Assembly (NCBI RefSeq): GCF_009914755.1
Contig: NC_060935.1
Strand: one strand, 5' to 3'
Length of the DNA: 64,000 nt
DNA from: the human T2T-CHM13v2.0 reference genome, Homo sapiens
Shown here: piece after piece, positions 27,458 through 39,433 of the stretch
How the letters are laid out: each line of letters starts with the position of its first letter
Numbering within the stretch: position 1 is the first letter of the stretch
Translations under genes and position numbers: made by a program
The notes under the pieces: model-generated
Told to the model about the DNA's origin: nothing
What the model saw: only the letters and a program-made list of their open reading frames with translations
Database searches by the model: none

Positions 27458-27990
27458 ATTTGGAAGTAGATACTGATGTACACCTAGATGTATTTTTTTC
27501 TGCTTTTTAAATAACAATGTATTTTACTTTTGGGGCAACACTTTCATTTTCTTATAGGAATAGGAGAGATTCTGTTTGTTTGCTTATGCAATAGTAAAGC
27601 AAAGCAAAAAGCAAAGAAGAAATCCGAGATAATGAATGGTTAGATATACAGAATAATGTATTTTTTTAGGAAAAAAAAAGTTTCTTTTTTAAAAATGTGT
27701 TAAACTACTTTGTCCCCCAACAAACATGCTAATTCTTGGGAGATATACATGAGCTAGCTGTTGTTACTCACAGAAGGCTTGGCACGGAGACTTGTGATGG
27801 CAGGAGATGCACAGAGGCACATCCTCATCCCTTCTGCAGAGAACCTGGTAGGGAAGAATGAAGCCCAGTCTATTTATTCCACTGATGTCTTCTCTGTGTT
27901 ATTTTCCCAGATTCGATAACTTAGGGACACTGTTCTGCAGGTAGAGTGAGTTGTTTTGATGAAGATAGTTGAAATTTTCTGTCAACTGCC

Positions 27991-28336
<346 letters not shown>

Positions 28337-28412
28337 TTAAGGAGGATGTTAAGGCTCAAACTATAATCCACTAAAGCAGGACAGGTTCAAAGCATTTCCA
28401 TTCATTCTGGCT

Positions 28413-28643
28413 TTTATTCATTCAATAAACATTTATTGAGCAGCTATTTTGCACCATTCACTACTCAGATGTTTGGAATATAGCAGTGAGCAAGTTCCCT
28501 CTGCACAGAGTTTCCACTTTAGTTGGAATAAATGTAAGTAATAATCATTACTGTGAAAAAAACAGGTTCTATGATCAAGGAAGGCCCCTCTGAGAGGGTG
28601 GCATTTGGGCTGATGTATGAATAACATGAAGAGGCTCTTCATG
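28413..28643 (-). mobile_element. L2 3' fragment
   Basis: TTCATTCAATAAACATTTATTGAGCAGCTA, the L2 terminus. Confidence 0.7.
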
Positions 28644-29278
28644 CTGTGGAAAATAGAATAATGGCTTCAACAAAGATATTCACACACTCATCTCCAGAAC
28701 CTGTTAATATGTGACCTTACATGGTAAAAGGGAATTTGTGAATGTTATTAAAGTTAAGGACCTTGAGATGGAGGGATTATCTTCAATGATCCACACGGAC
28801 CCAATCTAATCATTGAGTCTTCAGAAGTGGTAGAGGAAAAGTAGATCAGACAGATGTGATGTGGTAAGTTCTAGACCCACCATTATTTGCTTTAAAAATG
28901 GAAGAAAGAAGCCAGGAATCAAGAAGTATAGTGGCCTCCGGAAGCTTGGAATGACTCTTGACTGATAGTCAGCGAGAACATGGGGACATCTACCCTACAG
29001 GAGCAAAGAACTGAATTCTGGCAACAAACCTAATGGGCATGAAATGGACTGTCCCTTAGAGCCCCCAGAAAGGAATGCAGCCCTGCTGGCTACCTGATTT
29101 TAGTTTGGTAAGATCTGTACTTGACTTCTAACCTATAGAATTGTAAGATAAAATAGTTTAACACATTTTTAAAAAATAAATAGTTTTTTTCCTAAAAAAA
29201 AATACATTGTAATTGTATGCTGTTTGAAGCCATGAAATCCATGGTAATTTGCTATAGCAGGAGCAGAAAACTAATGCA
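28644..29278 (+). mobile_element. MLT1E-like MaLR LTR
   Basis: TGTGG...AATAATGGC, CCTTACATGGTAAAAGGGA, GAACTGAATTCTGGCAACAA; ends GGTAATTTGCTATAGCAGGAGCAGAAAACTAATGCA. Confidence 0.8.
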
Positions 29279-30384
29279 CATGCAAAGATGAGAAGGACCT
29301 ACATTTCAAACTGTAGAAACAGTAATTCACAAATCCTAGTGTGACTGAGGTGGACAGTGCTAATCAGGACAGATTTTTTGCCATGTGTAGGCATTCCTTA
29401 GAATTCTCAGAAGTATTTGAAGAAAGAAACTTGGTAAAGGTATCTAATGCCTTGCAGCCAAGTGGAGTGCAGATTTAGACTATTGTGAATTGGAAAAACA
29501 AAAGAATTACCATGCAAATTTGTGAAATCTGGGTATTTGGGTTTTATTTTCAACCTTTTGTACCTAGAATGACAGAGAGCCTCTCAGATAACGGTTTGCT
29601 ATAGGGAAAGCACTAGAGTTCTGGGATAGAGATCTTAGCAATATAATAAGGAGCCAGCCTGAAGAGTCTATTCGTGAAAAACATTGGATAAAAGGAAATA
29701 GATGAAGTTATCACTCCATCAGTGTAGCACTACAGCTAGAGGAGCCCTGGCAGAGCAGTCATCTGACAATAAATGAAGAGAGAACAGGGGAGCGGGTAAT
29801 CTTGGTAGGGCAGAAGAGGGCTGTTTATGGTCCTAAAAGATCTTATTTTATTGCAAGAAAGAGAACAACCTTTCTCAGGGAAGATGCCATTAGCTTTTCC
29901 ATAGGGGACACTGACCCAGGTAATTTAACCACCTTTCAGAAGCAATCTCTCTGCTTTTCTATTTTACTGTGTTTCATTTCAAATCTTCTCTTTTTCTCTA
30001 AATTGCCTAACCAACTGCAAACACGTCTTGGGAAAAGGGGAGAGTGAATGCTGGCCTGTACCCTGACTTCTACTAGTGTGTGGCTCCTTTCCTGCTCTGA
30101 CAAACTGCACATTTCATATTGGCCCACTGGCAAATGATCAAAGTGAAAAGCTATTTGCAAGTGGGAAGCACCCTGGCTGTCATTACTAACCAAGGGCCAA
30201 GGCAGATGGGATCTGTGCAGGGGTACAGAGAGGGAAATAAGGAGACAAGGGAAGGGAGTGAGGACACTGATTGTTGAGGAGGGAGCTGTGATGTATAGAT
30301 AAAAAACTCAGGTAGCAAAACTGCATACACTTCCCGGGTCACAGATGACAAAGCTATCTGGGACAGCACAAGTGTCCCAGAGTC

Positions 30385-30860
30385 ACAACACCTGATTTTG
30401 AATGCTTGTACTGCCATATTTTAGCTGTGTGCTCAATGATTAATGTAACCTATGCATCTTAGTTTCAGTCTTTTGTACCTATTGAAATAGTTTGATGATC
30501 CCATGATATTGTACATGAAAAGCTAGGCACTTAAGTGCACTCAGTAAATATTTAATATTAGCAGACGCTGTTACTAATCCTGATATGTATTTTTAAAGGG
30601 TGGCTGAGTTCTAAAGGACTTTTAAATACTTTGCTACAACAAGAAAATGAACAGAAACATGCACCCCCACTCAGAGGAGACACATCACAGAATCAACAAA
30701 TGTCAGAGCTACAGGGTACTTTAGGGATTATGGAATTCAATCCCCCTAATTGACAGACTAGAAAATTGAAGTCCAAAATGTTTTGAGATTTGTTCAAGGT
30801 TACAAAGCAAATAAGGGACTTGGCAGGCACTTGAAAGCAGTCCTGTGTCACTCTAATTCC
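30385..30860. mobile_element. Two MIR fragments (~30385-30560 on +, ~30700-30860 on -)
   Basis: CTGCCATATTTTAGCTGTGT...GCACTCAGTAAAT; and ACAGACTAGAAAATTGAAGTCC...TTGTTCAAGGTTACA. Confidence 0.5.
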
Positions 30861-31504
30861 ATAACTGTCTAGTCAAACAATGTTTGTTGGATTGTATACT
30901 TGATTGGAAATCATTGCCTTTCATGATTCATAAGACTGAGGCCATAGAAATCATATACATGCTCCCACCATCTCACACTGCATTTTACCCCCACCCAAAT
31001 TACAACTTCTCTCTGGAGGGTAGACTCTCCTTACCTCCTCTTTCTCCATATTTTCTATGTCTCTGGGTCAAAGGCTGCTACAGGTCAACTGAATCACCAA
31101 CCCCAATGGACTCATCACATTCCAACAGTGTCAATATTTATGGGTAGGGAAAGAGCCATAAAAATTTAGAGGTTACAAAGCAGCCATACCCAACCCACAG
31201 ATAGTTTTGTTTTTTCCCTGCAAAATTTTGTGGAACTTTTGAATTTGACTACCTATTCCAGTTTTACATAGGCCCCAACATTCCTATTCTTCAGCTCTTC
31301 TTTATTCTCACATTTATTGTGTCTGGTTGGACTCTAGTGACTCTTGGAATATATATGTACAGGATTTCTCTAATAGAAAAATGGTGTGTTTCCTGAAAAG
31401 CTTTCTTCTTAGGCATTTCTATTACATTAATAAAAACCTCTAATACAGTTATCAAGAGTATAAATATCTAGACTTAAGTGAAGAAGGCTTTCTTAACCAG
31501 AGCA

Positions 31505-31845
31505 TGATGATTAGTTTAACATGTCATTGTGGTCAGACTATACGCCAAGTTATTTAATCAAACACTAATCTAAGGGTTCTGTGAAAGTATTGGTAGATAC
31601 AGTTAACATCTTCGATCAGTTGACTTTAAGTAAAGGAGATTACATCAATTATATGTATATGGGAGGACCTCATCCAATTAATTGAAAGGCCTTAAGAGCA
31701 AAACCTAGGATTCACTGAGGAAGAAGAAATTCTGCCTCAAAACTGCAAGCATCAACTCCTACATGAGAGTTTCTAGTCTGTGGGACTGCCCCTCTGGATT
31801 TTGGTCTTGACAGTCTCCACAATTACATAAGCCAATTCATGAAAA

Positions 31846-31876
<31 letters not shown>

Positions 31877-31926
31877 ACCTATACACACACACTGGCCTAC
31901 TTTTCTTGAGAACCCTGACTGATATA
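31505..31926 (+). mobile_element. MLT2D (ERVL) solo LTR with internal (CA)n
   Basis: TCAAACACTAATCTA, CAGTTGACTTTAAGTAAAGGAGATTAC, GGCCTTAAGAGCAAAA, GAAGAAATTCTGCCTCAA; ends GAGAACCCTGACTGATATA. Confidence 0.85.
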
Positions 31927-31974
31927 TCAGTATTCCACAACATTAGCCAATGGCCATGGGAGACGTTGCCAAAT

Positions 31975-32345
31975 GTTTTAGAGTAATGCTGGCTGCTGTA
32001 ACAGAAGTACCATGAAACTCTACAGCTTAACCCAGTAGAAGACTGTTTCTCACTCACGTAATGAAAATCCAGTAGGTGGGACTGGGGGAAAGAAACTCAA
32101 CTGAGGCTTGGCAACTGCACCTGACCTTCAAAGTCACCTGGACATCAACATCCAGCCAGCAGACAGGGGAAGAAAGAGAACAGAGGATCCCATGAAAGGT
32201 TTTATGGGGGCAGGATCACTTCTATCCAGATTTCGTTAGCCAAGACTCAGCCACGTGGCCACACACAACTGAAAGGAATTATGGGCTAGCTGTTTCCCAG
32301 GAAAAGCTGAAAATGTGCTTGAAATACAGCCATTTTCTGTCACAG
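31975..32345 (-). mobile_element. MLT1J-like MaLR LTR
   Basis: TAATGCTGGCTGCTGTAACA...TTTCTCACTCAC...CATCCAGCCAGCAGA...ACTCAGCCACGTGGCCACAC. Confidence 0.65.
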
Positions 32346-33589
32346 CAAATCCATGTTAAAAGAAGCTTCCTGAAAAACAGTGTTTCCTTTTTCAGGCCAC
32401 CCTGTTTGTTAAAAGTTTTGTGAGTAACTTAGTAGCTATTGTTATCTCTACACCAGCATGAATATAAAAACAGAAAAAAATCAGAATGAGATGGCAAATA
32501 AAGCAAAGTCTGAGGTAGGAGACAATTTAAAACAGCAATTAGAGTCTAATTAAATTCAAAGTTTGATATCATTATCAGAAGTTAGGACACAGCTAATTAC
32601 GCTGAAAGCAAGCTTCAGTTCAGGTTATGGTCATTCAATAAGGGAATCTTTTCTTCCAAGCAGAAAACACTAATTTTGAAAACCACTTAAAAGATTCTCA
32701 ATAATGGATGGTATGTATGTGTGTGCATTTTAATCTCTTTATCCATATTGTCCATGTGGTATTTACTCTTTGTACTTAAATCAACAGTAATTGTTTGTGG
32801 TAGCATGAGAAATTTTTGCTTCATTGATTTTCCATGGCACTGAAATCTCACATTAGCTCAAGGTGAAAAGCTAATAGGTTGTGAATAATGAAAATAATAA
32901 CCAGAATAATAATAGAAAGAATCATACACCTGAACGTACATTAAAATCCTCTATTGCATCTCAGGGCTCTGGTGGCATTTCAAATCTCAAGAGAAAAGAG
33001 AGGAAATGGCTTGTTAGCATCATTCTCTTTAGAATACTACCCCAATCTTGTCTGCACATTTTGACATGGATGGCAATTTGCAGAATGAATGACTCCGCAA
33101 AAAGGACATAGGTCTCACCAGCTGTGTGTTCCCCACTCAGTTTTACTCAGTTTCCAGGTACAGTTCATTAGTGCTCAGTCTCCCACATTCCTGCACATAC
33201 CTACACTTATAAATACAGAAAAGTCTCAAAATAGGCATTTGGAATTTGTGACATACACAGGGTCATTGAGTAAATGCACTCAAGTTAGAAAGAGTTTGGA
33301 ATCCCAGGGAGACCAGTTATCATTCAGACACATCTGAACATTCACTGAGCCTCAGAAAAGCTTTCCCAAGGACATTGGCTTATGCTACTGCAGTTAAAAA
33401 TCTTATTTTAAAAAGGAAGAATCTCAGATCTGCTGTGCCCACATTAAGCAACTAATATCTGATTCACTTTTTAGGCATCCTAATGCCCTGCTGATAATCG
33501 CAGATTCATTATTATTAGCAAAGGCATCTTTTTTTTTAATATTAGAAAGTTGCTTCTGAACCCAACCCCTCACAGATTCTGTTTAATTC

Positions 33590-33810
33590 TGTTGTGATAC
33601 CCTCCCATGAAACCCAAAACTATTTTATAGCACTTTGCCACTTAGGATTATTTAATGAATTCATTAGAATTGTTTGATGTTTTTCTTCCCCTCTAGATAC
33701 TAGGGCAGGAAGCTACCTTTTAACATCCATCTTCGTGTCCCCAGGACCCAGAAGGTGGCTAAAGACAGATTGGCACTCAATCAGTGCATGTTCCAGGACT
33801 GAACTAAGAG
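33590..33810 (+). mobile_element. L2 3' fragment
   Basis: CTTCCCCTCTAGA...GGGCAGGA...GTGTCCCCAG...GGCACTCAAT. Confidence 0.5.
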
Positions 33811-34850
33811 TATCTCATTCCTCCCTATGTAAGGATTTACAGTGGTTCTGCTTTCCAGGATGAATTGTACCCTGATATTTCATTCTAGAATCTCTTCAAC
33901 TGCTTACCTCCAATCCATCTTTCCCTGGGATCCAACTAATTGATTTGTATAACTCTTCACTGTATTTTTACTTGTTCAGGTCAAGTCAGTCTTCTAAACT
34001 CTTCACTTACATCGTTCATTATTACCTGCAAGTCCTCATTCATGCCATTGTGCTTAATATTAGATTTATTAGGAACCAATGGGGATGCTTTCAGCTTTTC
34101 CAACTGCTTTTGCTGATTTCAGCTGTCCCTAACGTTTTCTGGGCTTTGTGTGAAAATGTAATGAAGTGTTCCTAAATCATTTTTTAAGAGAAAAGAAGTA
34201 TAACCTGTCAGAGATAAACTATTAAATCAGTCCAAGATACATCATAACAATGATATACAATGACCGTAAGTAAAAAAAAAATTCTCACACCAAGTCAAGA
34301 CTTTATGCCAAATCAAACTAAAGAGGTTGAGCATATACTATCAGGTTTGGAGGGAAAATAGCCATGTTTTTAAATTACCCACTCAAACTCTGATCAAAAG
34401 GAAAGGTTTTATAATTAATTAACTGATATTTTGTTTCTCAAAAATGTATATCACAGAAAACAATTATAACATTAAATTTTATAGTCTTATAACTAATTTT
34501 TATTATAAATTTATACTCATTAAGCTAACCTATGATTATTTTCCAACAAAGAGTTGAAAGCAAGTTTTATTTATCAAAAAAATTAACACATTGTTTTCAT
34601 TTTGGTCTTTAGTCTCTTGTGAGCTTTTTCAGCACGAATCAATCTCCCTAAATCCACTGATATCAGCCACACTGACAAATTCAAATTCCTGAATCTACAA
34701 AGCTGAGGGACCTTGATAAGACTTCTACTTCTAAAGTAGTATTAGACTATCAAATTTCTTGAAGGTCAGTCAGGCAAGCTTCCCTGCAAATACCCCAACA
34801 TCTCAATCTTTACATTTTCCTTCTATTAGAATTGTGTAAAATGCATCACC

Positions 34851-35157
<307 letters not shown>

Positions 35158-36354
35158 TCACTCGCATGGAGTTTTTTGTGAATGACCCTAACCCATAGGC
35201 ACACCACCTTTTTTGTGGAGCATCAGTGTTTTAGGCTAGAGCACTGCTGATACACACCAGCAAAAACATTCATGATGGTGATGTGCTGCCATGTAAAATG
35301 ATTTTTAGGGCTGTGTAGCACCAACACAGTATACTAATTAACTGTCAAATCTAATTATCTTCTATTACCATGCATTATAATCACTATGATTTATAATCTC
35401 TCCAGATAGTAGCAAAATGGAACTCCTATCAGGAGTTCACAAATCAGAGATTATTCTGAAATCTTGAAATCATCTCTGTTATATAATGAAGTCTTTAGCA
35501 GTTAAGGCAGATGCAGACCATAGGCATAGCTCTATAAAGACTACAGAACTCTAGCTAAATATTTGGTAGTGGCACTCGGTAGAAAAGCAGATGAAACAGG
35601 CAAGCTAAGATGTGATGTCAGAAAGCAATTACATACGCTAATTACCAAATAATGTATGCAAATACCCAAATGTATGAAAGTGTAATGATTATCCATCACA
35701 TACTGAAAATCACTTCCTTTCTACAGAATTCTCTTCTCCCCAGGGTATTCTGATCAGCTATCTGGGGCCCACACCTACCATTTACCAACTAAAATACTAT
35801 CTCATATGGGCCTTCAAAGTTTTAGCCAGCCAAGGGAAAAAATGACACGTCTTTTGAATGCTATGTTTTCCAGTGCAACAAACAAACAGGTGGGTTTCAT
35901 GTGTCATCCTTTCTCTCATCAAAGTTTGTAACTTTTTTTGTTTGTTTTTGTTTTGAGATGAAGTCTCACTCTGTTGCCCAGGCTAGAATACAGTGGTGTA
36001 CATGCATTTCCTTTTCCGTAAGAAGAAGTAATTCTACCCATCTGAAATGTGGTTATGGAGATTATATAAGGTGCTGCATATAAACTCTAAAGCCTTTTGT
36101 AAATGGATGGTGCTACCAATAGCTAATTTGTCTTCATCTCTCCTTGAAAAATATGTACATGTTAAAGAAAGACTTCAGGAGTCCTCAAAGGCACCCAGTA
36201 TAGGTAGGAAAGCTGGCTTCAGCAAGGTCAGAGATGTAGGCAATCAGGTAATACAGGAGTTGTTTCTTGTTGAATGGATTGAAATGGAAAGAGATCAAAC
36301 AGCTTATTGTTTTTGTTTGTTTTGTTTTTTAAACTGCCGTGAAGAACTATTCTT

Positions 36355-37333
36355 TTCTCTTTAACTTATAAGTTCAGGGGTGCAGGATGTGCAGGTTTGT
36401 TACATAGGCAAACTTGTATAATGGGGGTTTGTTGTACAAATTATTTAGTCACTGTATTAGTCCTTTCTCACACCGCTAATAAAGACATACCTGAGAATGG
36501 GTAATTAATAAAGGAGAGAGGTTTGATTGACTCACAGTACAGCATGGCTGGGGAGGCCTCAGGAAACTTACAGTCATGGCAGAAGGGGAAGCAAACATGT
36601 CCTTCTTCACACGGTGGCACCAAGGAGAAGAATGAGGGCCCAGCGAAGGAGGAAGCCCCTTATAAAACCATCAGATCTTGTGAAAACCAACTTATTATCA
36701 CAAGAACGGGATGGGGGAAACCGCCCCCATGATTCAGTTAACTCTACCTGGTCCCTCCCACGACATGTGGGGATTATGAGAACTACAATTCAAGATGAGA
36801 TTTGGGTGGGGGCACAGCCAAACCATGTCAGTTACCCAGATATTAAGTACAGTACCGATTATTTTTCCTGATCCTCTTCCTCTTCCTACCCTCCCCCGCC
36901 CGATAGGCTCCAGTGTGTGTTGTTCCCCTCTGTGTGTCCCTGTGTTCTCATCGTTTAGCTCCACTTATAAGTGAGAACATGTAATATTTGGTTTTATCTT
37001 CCTGTCTTCGTTTACTAAGGACAATGGCTTCTGGCTCCATCCATGTTCCTGCAAAGGACATGATCCCATTCTTTCTTATTGCTGTGTAATATTCCATGAT
37101 GTATATGCACCATATTTTTTTATCCAGTCTATCATTGATGGGCATTTAGGTTGATTCCATGTTTCTGCTATTGTAAATAATGCCACAATAAACATACGTG
37201 TGCATGTGTCTTTATAATAGAACGATTTATATTTCTTTGGGTATATAACCAGCAGTGAGATTGCTGGGTAGAATGGTCTTTAGGTCTTTGAGGAATTGCC
37301 ACATTGTCTTCCACAAAGGTTGAACTAATTTTC
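36355..37333 (-). mobile_element. L1PA13-16-type 3' fragment interrupted by THE1C
   Basis: AAGTTCAGGGG...GCAGGATGTGCAGGTTTGTTACATAGG, ATGGGGGTTTGTTGTACA, CACTTATAAGTGAGAACATG; ORF2 C-terminal remnant at 36948-37145. Confidence 0.85.
36453..36830 (-). mobile_element. THE1C solo LTR
   Basis: TGTATTAGTCC...GCTAATAAAGACATACC...CAGCCAAACCATGTCA; near-TSD GTCAC/GTTAC. Confidence 0.9.
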
Positions 37334-38167
37334 ATATTCTTTTCTTATCCACCAAATAGTCTTTAAAATGTGCTTCTACCTTTTATCTACTATTAATGAA
37401 CTTTTTTTTCTCCTCTTCCTTTGGCTTTTTAAGTCTTCCTCACCAGCTCACAGTCAAAGTGGCTAGAAGCAGATTAGCTAAAGCAGAAAAAAAGTCTCCT
37501 ATAGAAATCTGTAAGACATCTCCCAACTTGAGATAACTTGACAGTGACAGAGAATTGATTATTTTTATTATTATTGGCATTATTATTTGATAGCAATATG
37601 ATTATTTTACTACTTAAAATGGCAAGAATGTACATTTTTTTCATCTTTCTCACAAACTTGTGAAAGTAAACAGGACAGGTTTACAACGTAAAGGAAATCA
37701 ATATCTGTTGGCAGAAATTTAGGTTTAGTGACACGGAATAGAACAGTCAACTCTGGGATGCAATGTCCATGAAAGATTTCATTTACTTATTCATAATAGC
37801 CTTCTACTTTTTTACTTACACTTTCTGCAAATTATCTGGGTAAAGAGTGAGGAAGTGTGTGATTGTGTGTGTGTGATTGTGTCTGACCTAGTGTGATTTG
37901 TGACTATGCAATTATATGGTTTTGTGTGTGTATAAGGGAGGTGGCAAATGGAACGAATGATCTTGAACCCTTTTCGCTCTCTGTGTGTGTGAGACAATGT
38001 CTGCTTTTGAAAGTAACTATCCAGACTAGTTGACAAGCTTGTTATCTGTGGCTCTTTTTTTTTTTCCTCTCTCTTTCTAGCATTAGCTGGCTTCTGATCT
38101 CCTCTAAGCTGCTGGCATAGAAATACTAGAATCTTGTGGGACACGTGTTTGGATTATTTTTAAATGA

Positions 38168-38416
<249 letters not shown>

Positions 38417-38656
38417 TAGTTCTCCAGCATGGGTGATACTGTGAATAAATGATTCATCTGTCCCTTCACTCCTCAGGGAATAATCCACCCCATTTTCTGC
38501 CTAACTTGCCTTGCTTTGGAATAGCTGCTCATTTAGGGAACTCTCAATGTACTTTTAGCACACTGTCTTCTACAGTGTCCTTTCTACCAGGGAAAACATC
38601 TATGTCCTTGCCAAGAAGTGAAAGTGCAGGCTGCCCACATTCCTTTAGTATCATTT

Positions 38657-38686
38657 CTCTCTCTCTCTCTCTCTCTCTCTCTGTCA

Positions 38687-38721
<35 letters not shown>
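38657..38721. repeat. Compound (CT)n-(CA)n microsatellite
   Basis: Visible directly in the sequence. Confidence 0.95.
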
Positions 38722-38723
<2 letters not shown>

Positions 38724-38970
38724 TTTCTCTCTCAGGCCCTCATCTTCTCTACTCACTGGTGATACAAAGACTGTCTACCAATGTACTGGTCCAGAAACTT
38801 TTGGACAAGGTATGAATCTCCTCCAGAGCTGGGGCAGAGGTCAGATCCAACACTTTTACTCTTTCACTGACAAAGAGATGGATGCTTCAAAACTACTGCT
38901 CTCCATAGAAATAAAATAAACTTCTTTCTTTGGCTTGCTATTTTGTTGTTGTTGGTGGTGTTGTTGTTGA

Positions 38971-39433
38971 TATTATGAACTGAATGATTGTGTGTCCCCT
39001 AAATTCATGTTAAAATTCTAACCCCTAATGTGATGGTATTGGGAGGTGGCACCTTTGAGACATGATTAGTTCATGAGGGTGGAGCCCTCCTAAATGATTA
39101 GTGACCTTAGAAGAAGAAGCATGAGACCTTGTTCTCTCTCTCTCAATCTCTGCTCTCTAGCATGTGAGGACCCAGGGAGAGGATGGCCATACAAACCAGG
39201 AAGAATGCCCTGACTAGCTACCAGACTTGCTGGCACCTTGGACTCACTACACACGCCCATACTAAGAGATGGATGCTTCAAAAATGCTATCTTCTCTAAA
39301 AAAAAAAAAAGAGAACTGCTTCTGGAATGGTGAGAAATTTTTATTGTTTAAACTCCCTATCTAGTTTAAACTACCTATTGTTTAAACTACCTAGTCTATG
39401 GTATTTGTTATAGCAGCCCAAACTGAGTAAGAC
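38971..39433 (+). mobile_element. MLT1A0-like MaLR LTR with a ~70-bp internal insertion
   Basis: GTGTCCCCTAAATTCATG, CATGAGGGTGGAGCCCTC; ends GTCTATGGTATTTGTTATAGCAGCCCAAACTGAGTAAGAC. Confidence 0.82.

Noticed and set aside
38449-38919. 156-aa ORF
   Set aside because: It reads through (CT)n(CA)n, giving SLSL and HTHT runs, which indicates a chance frame.
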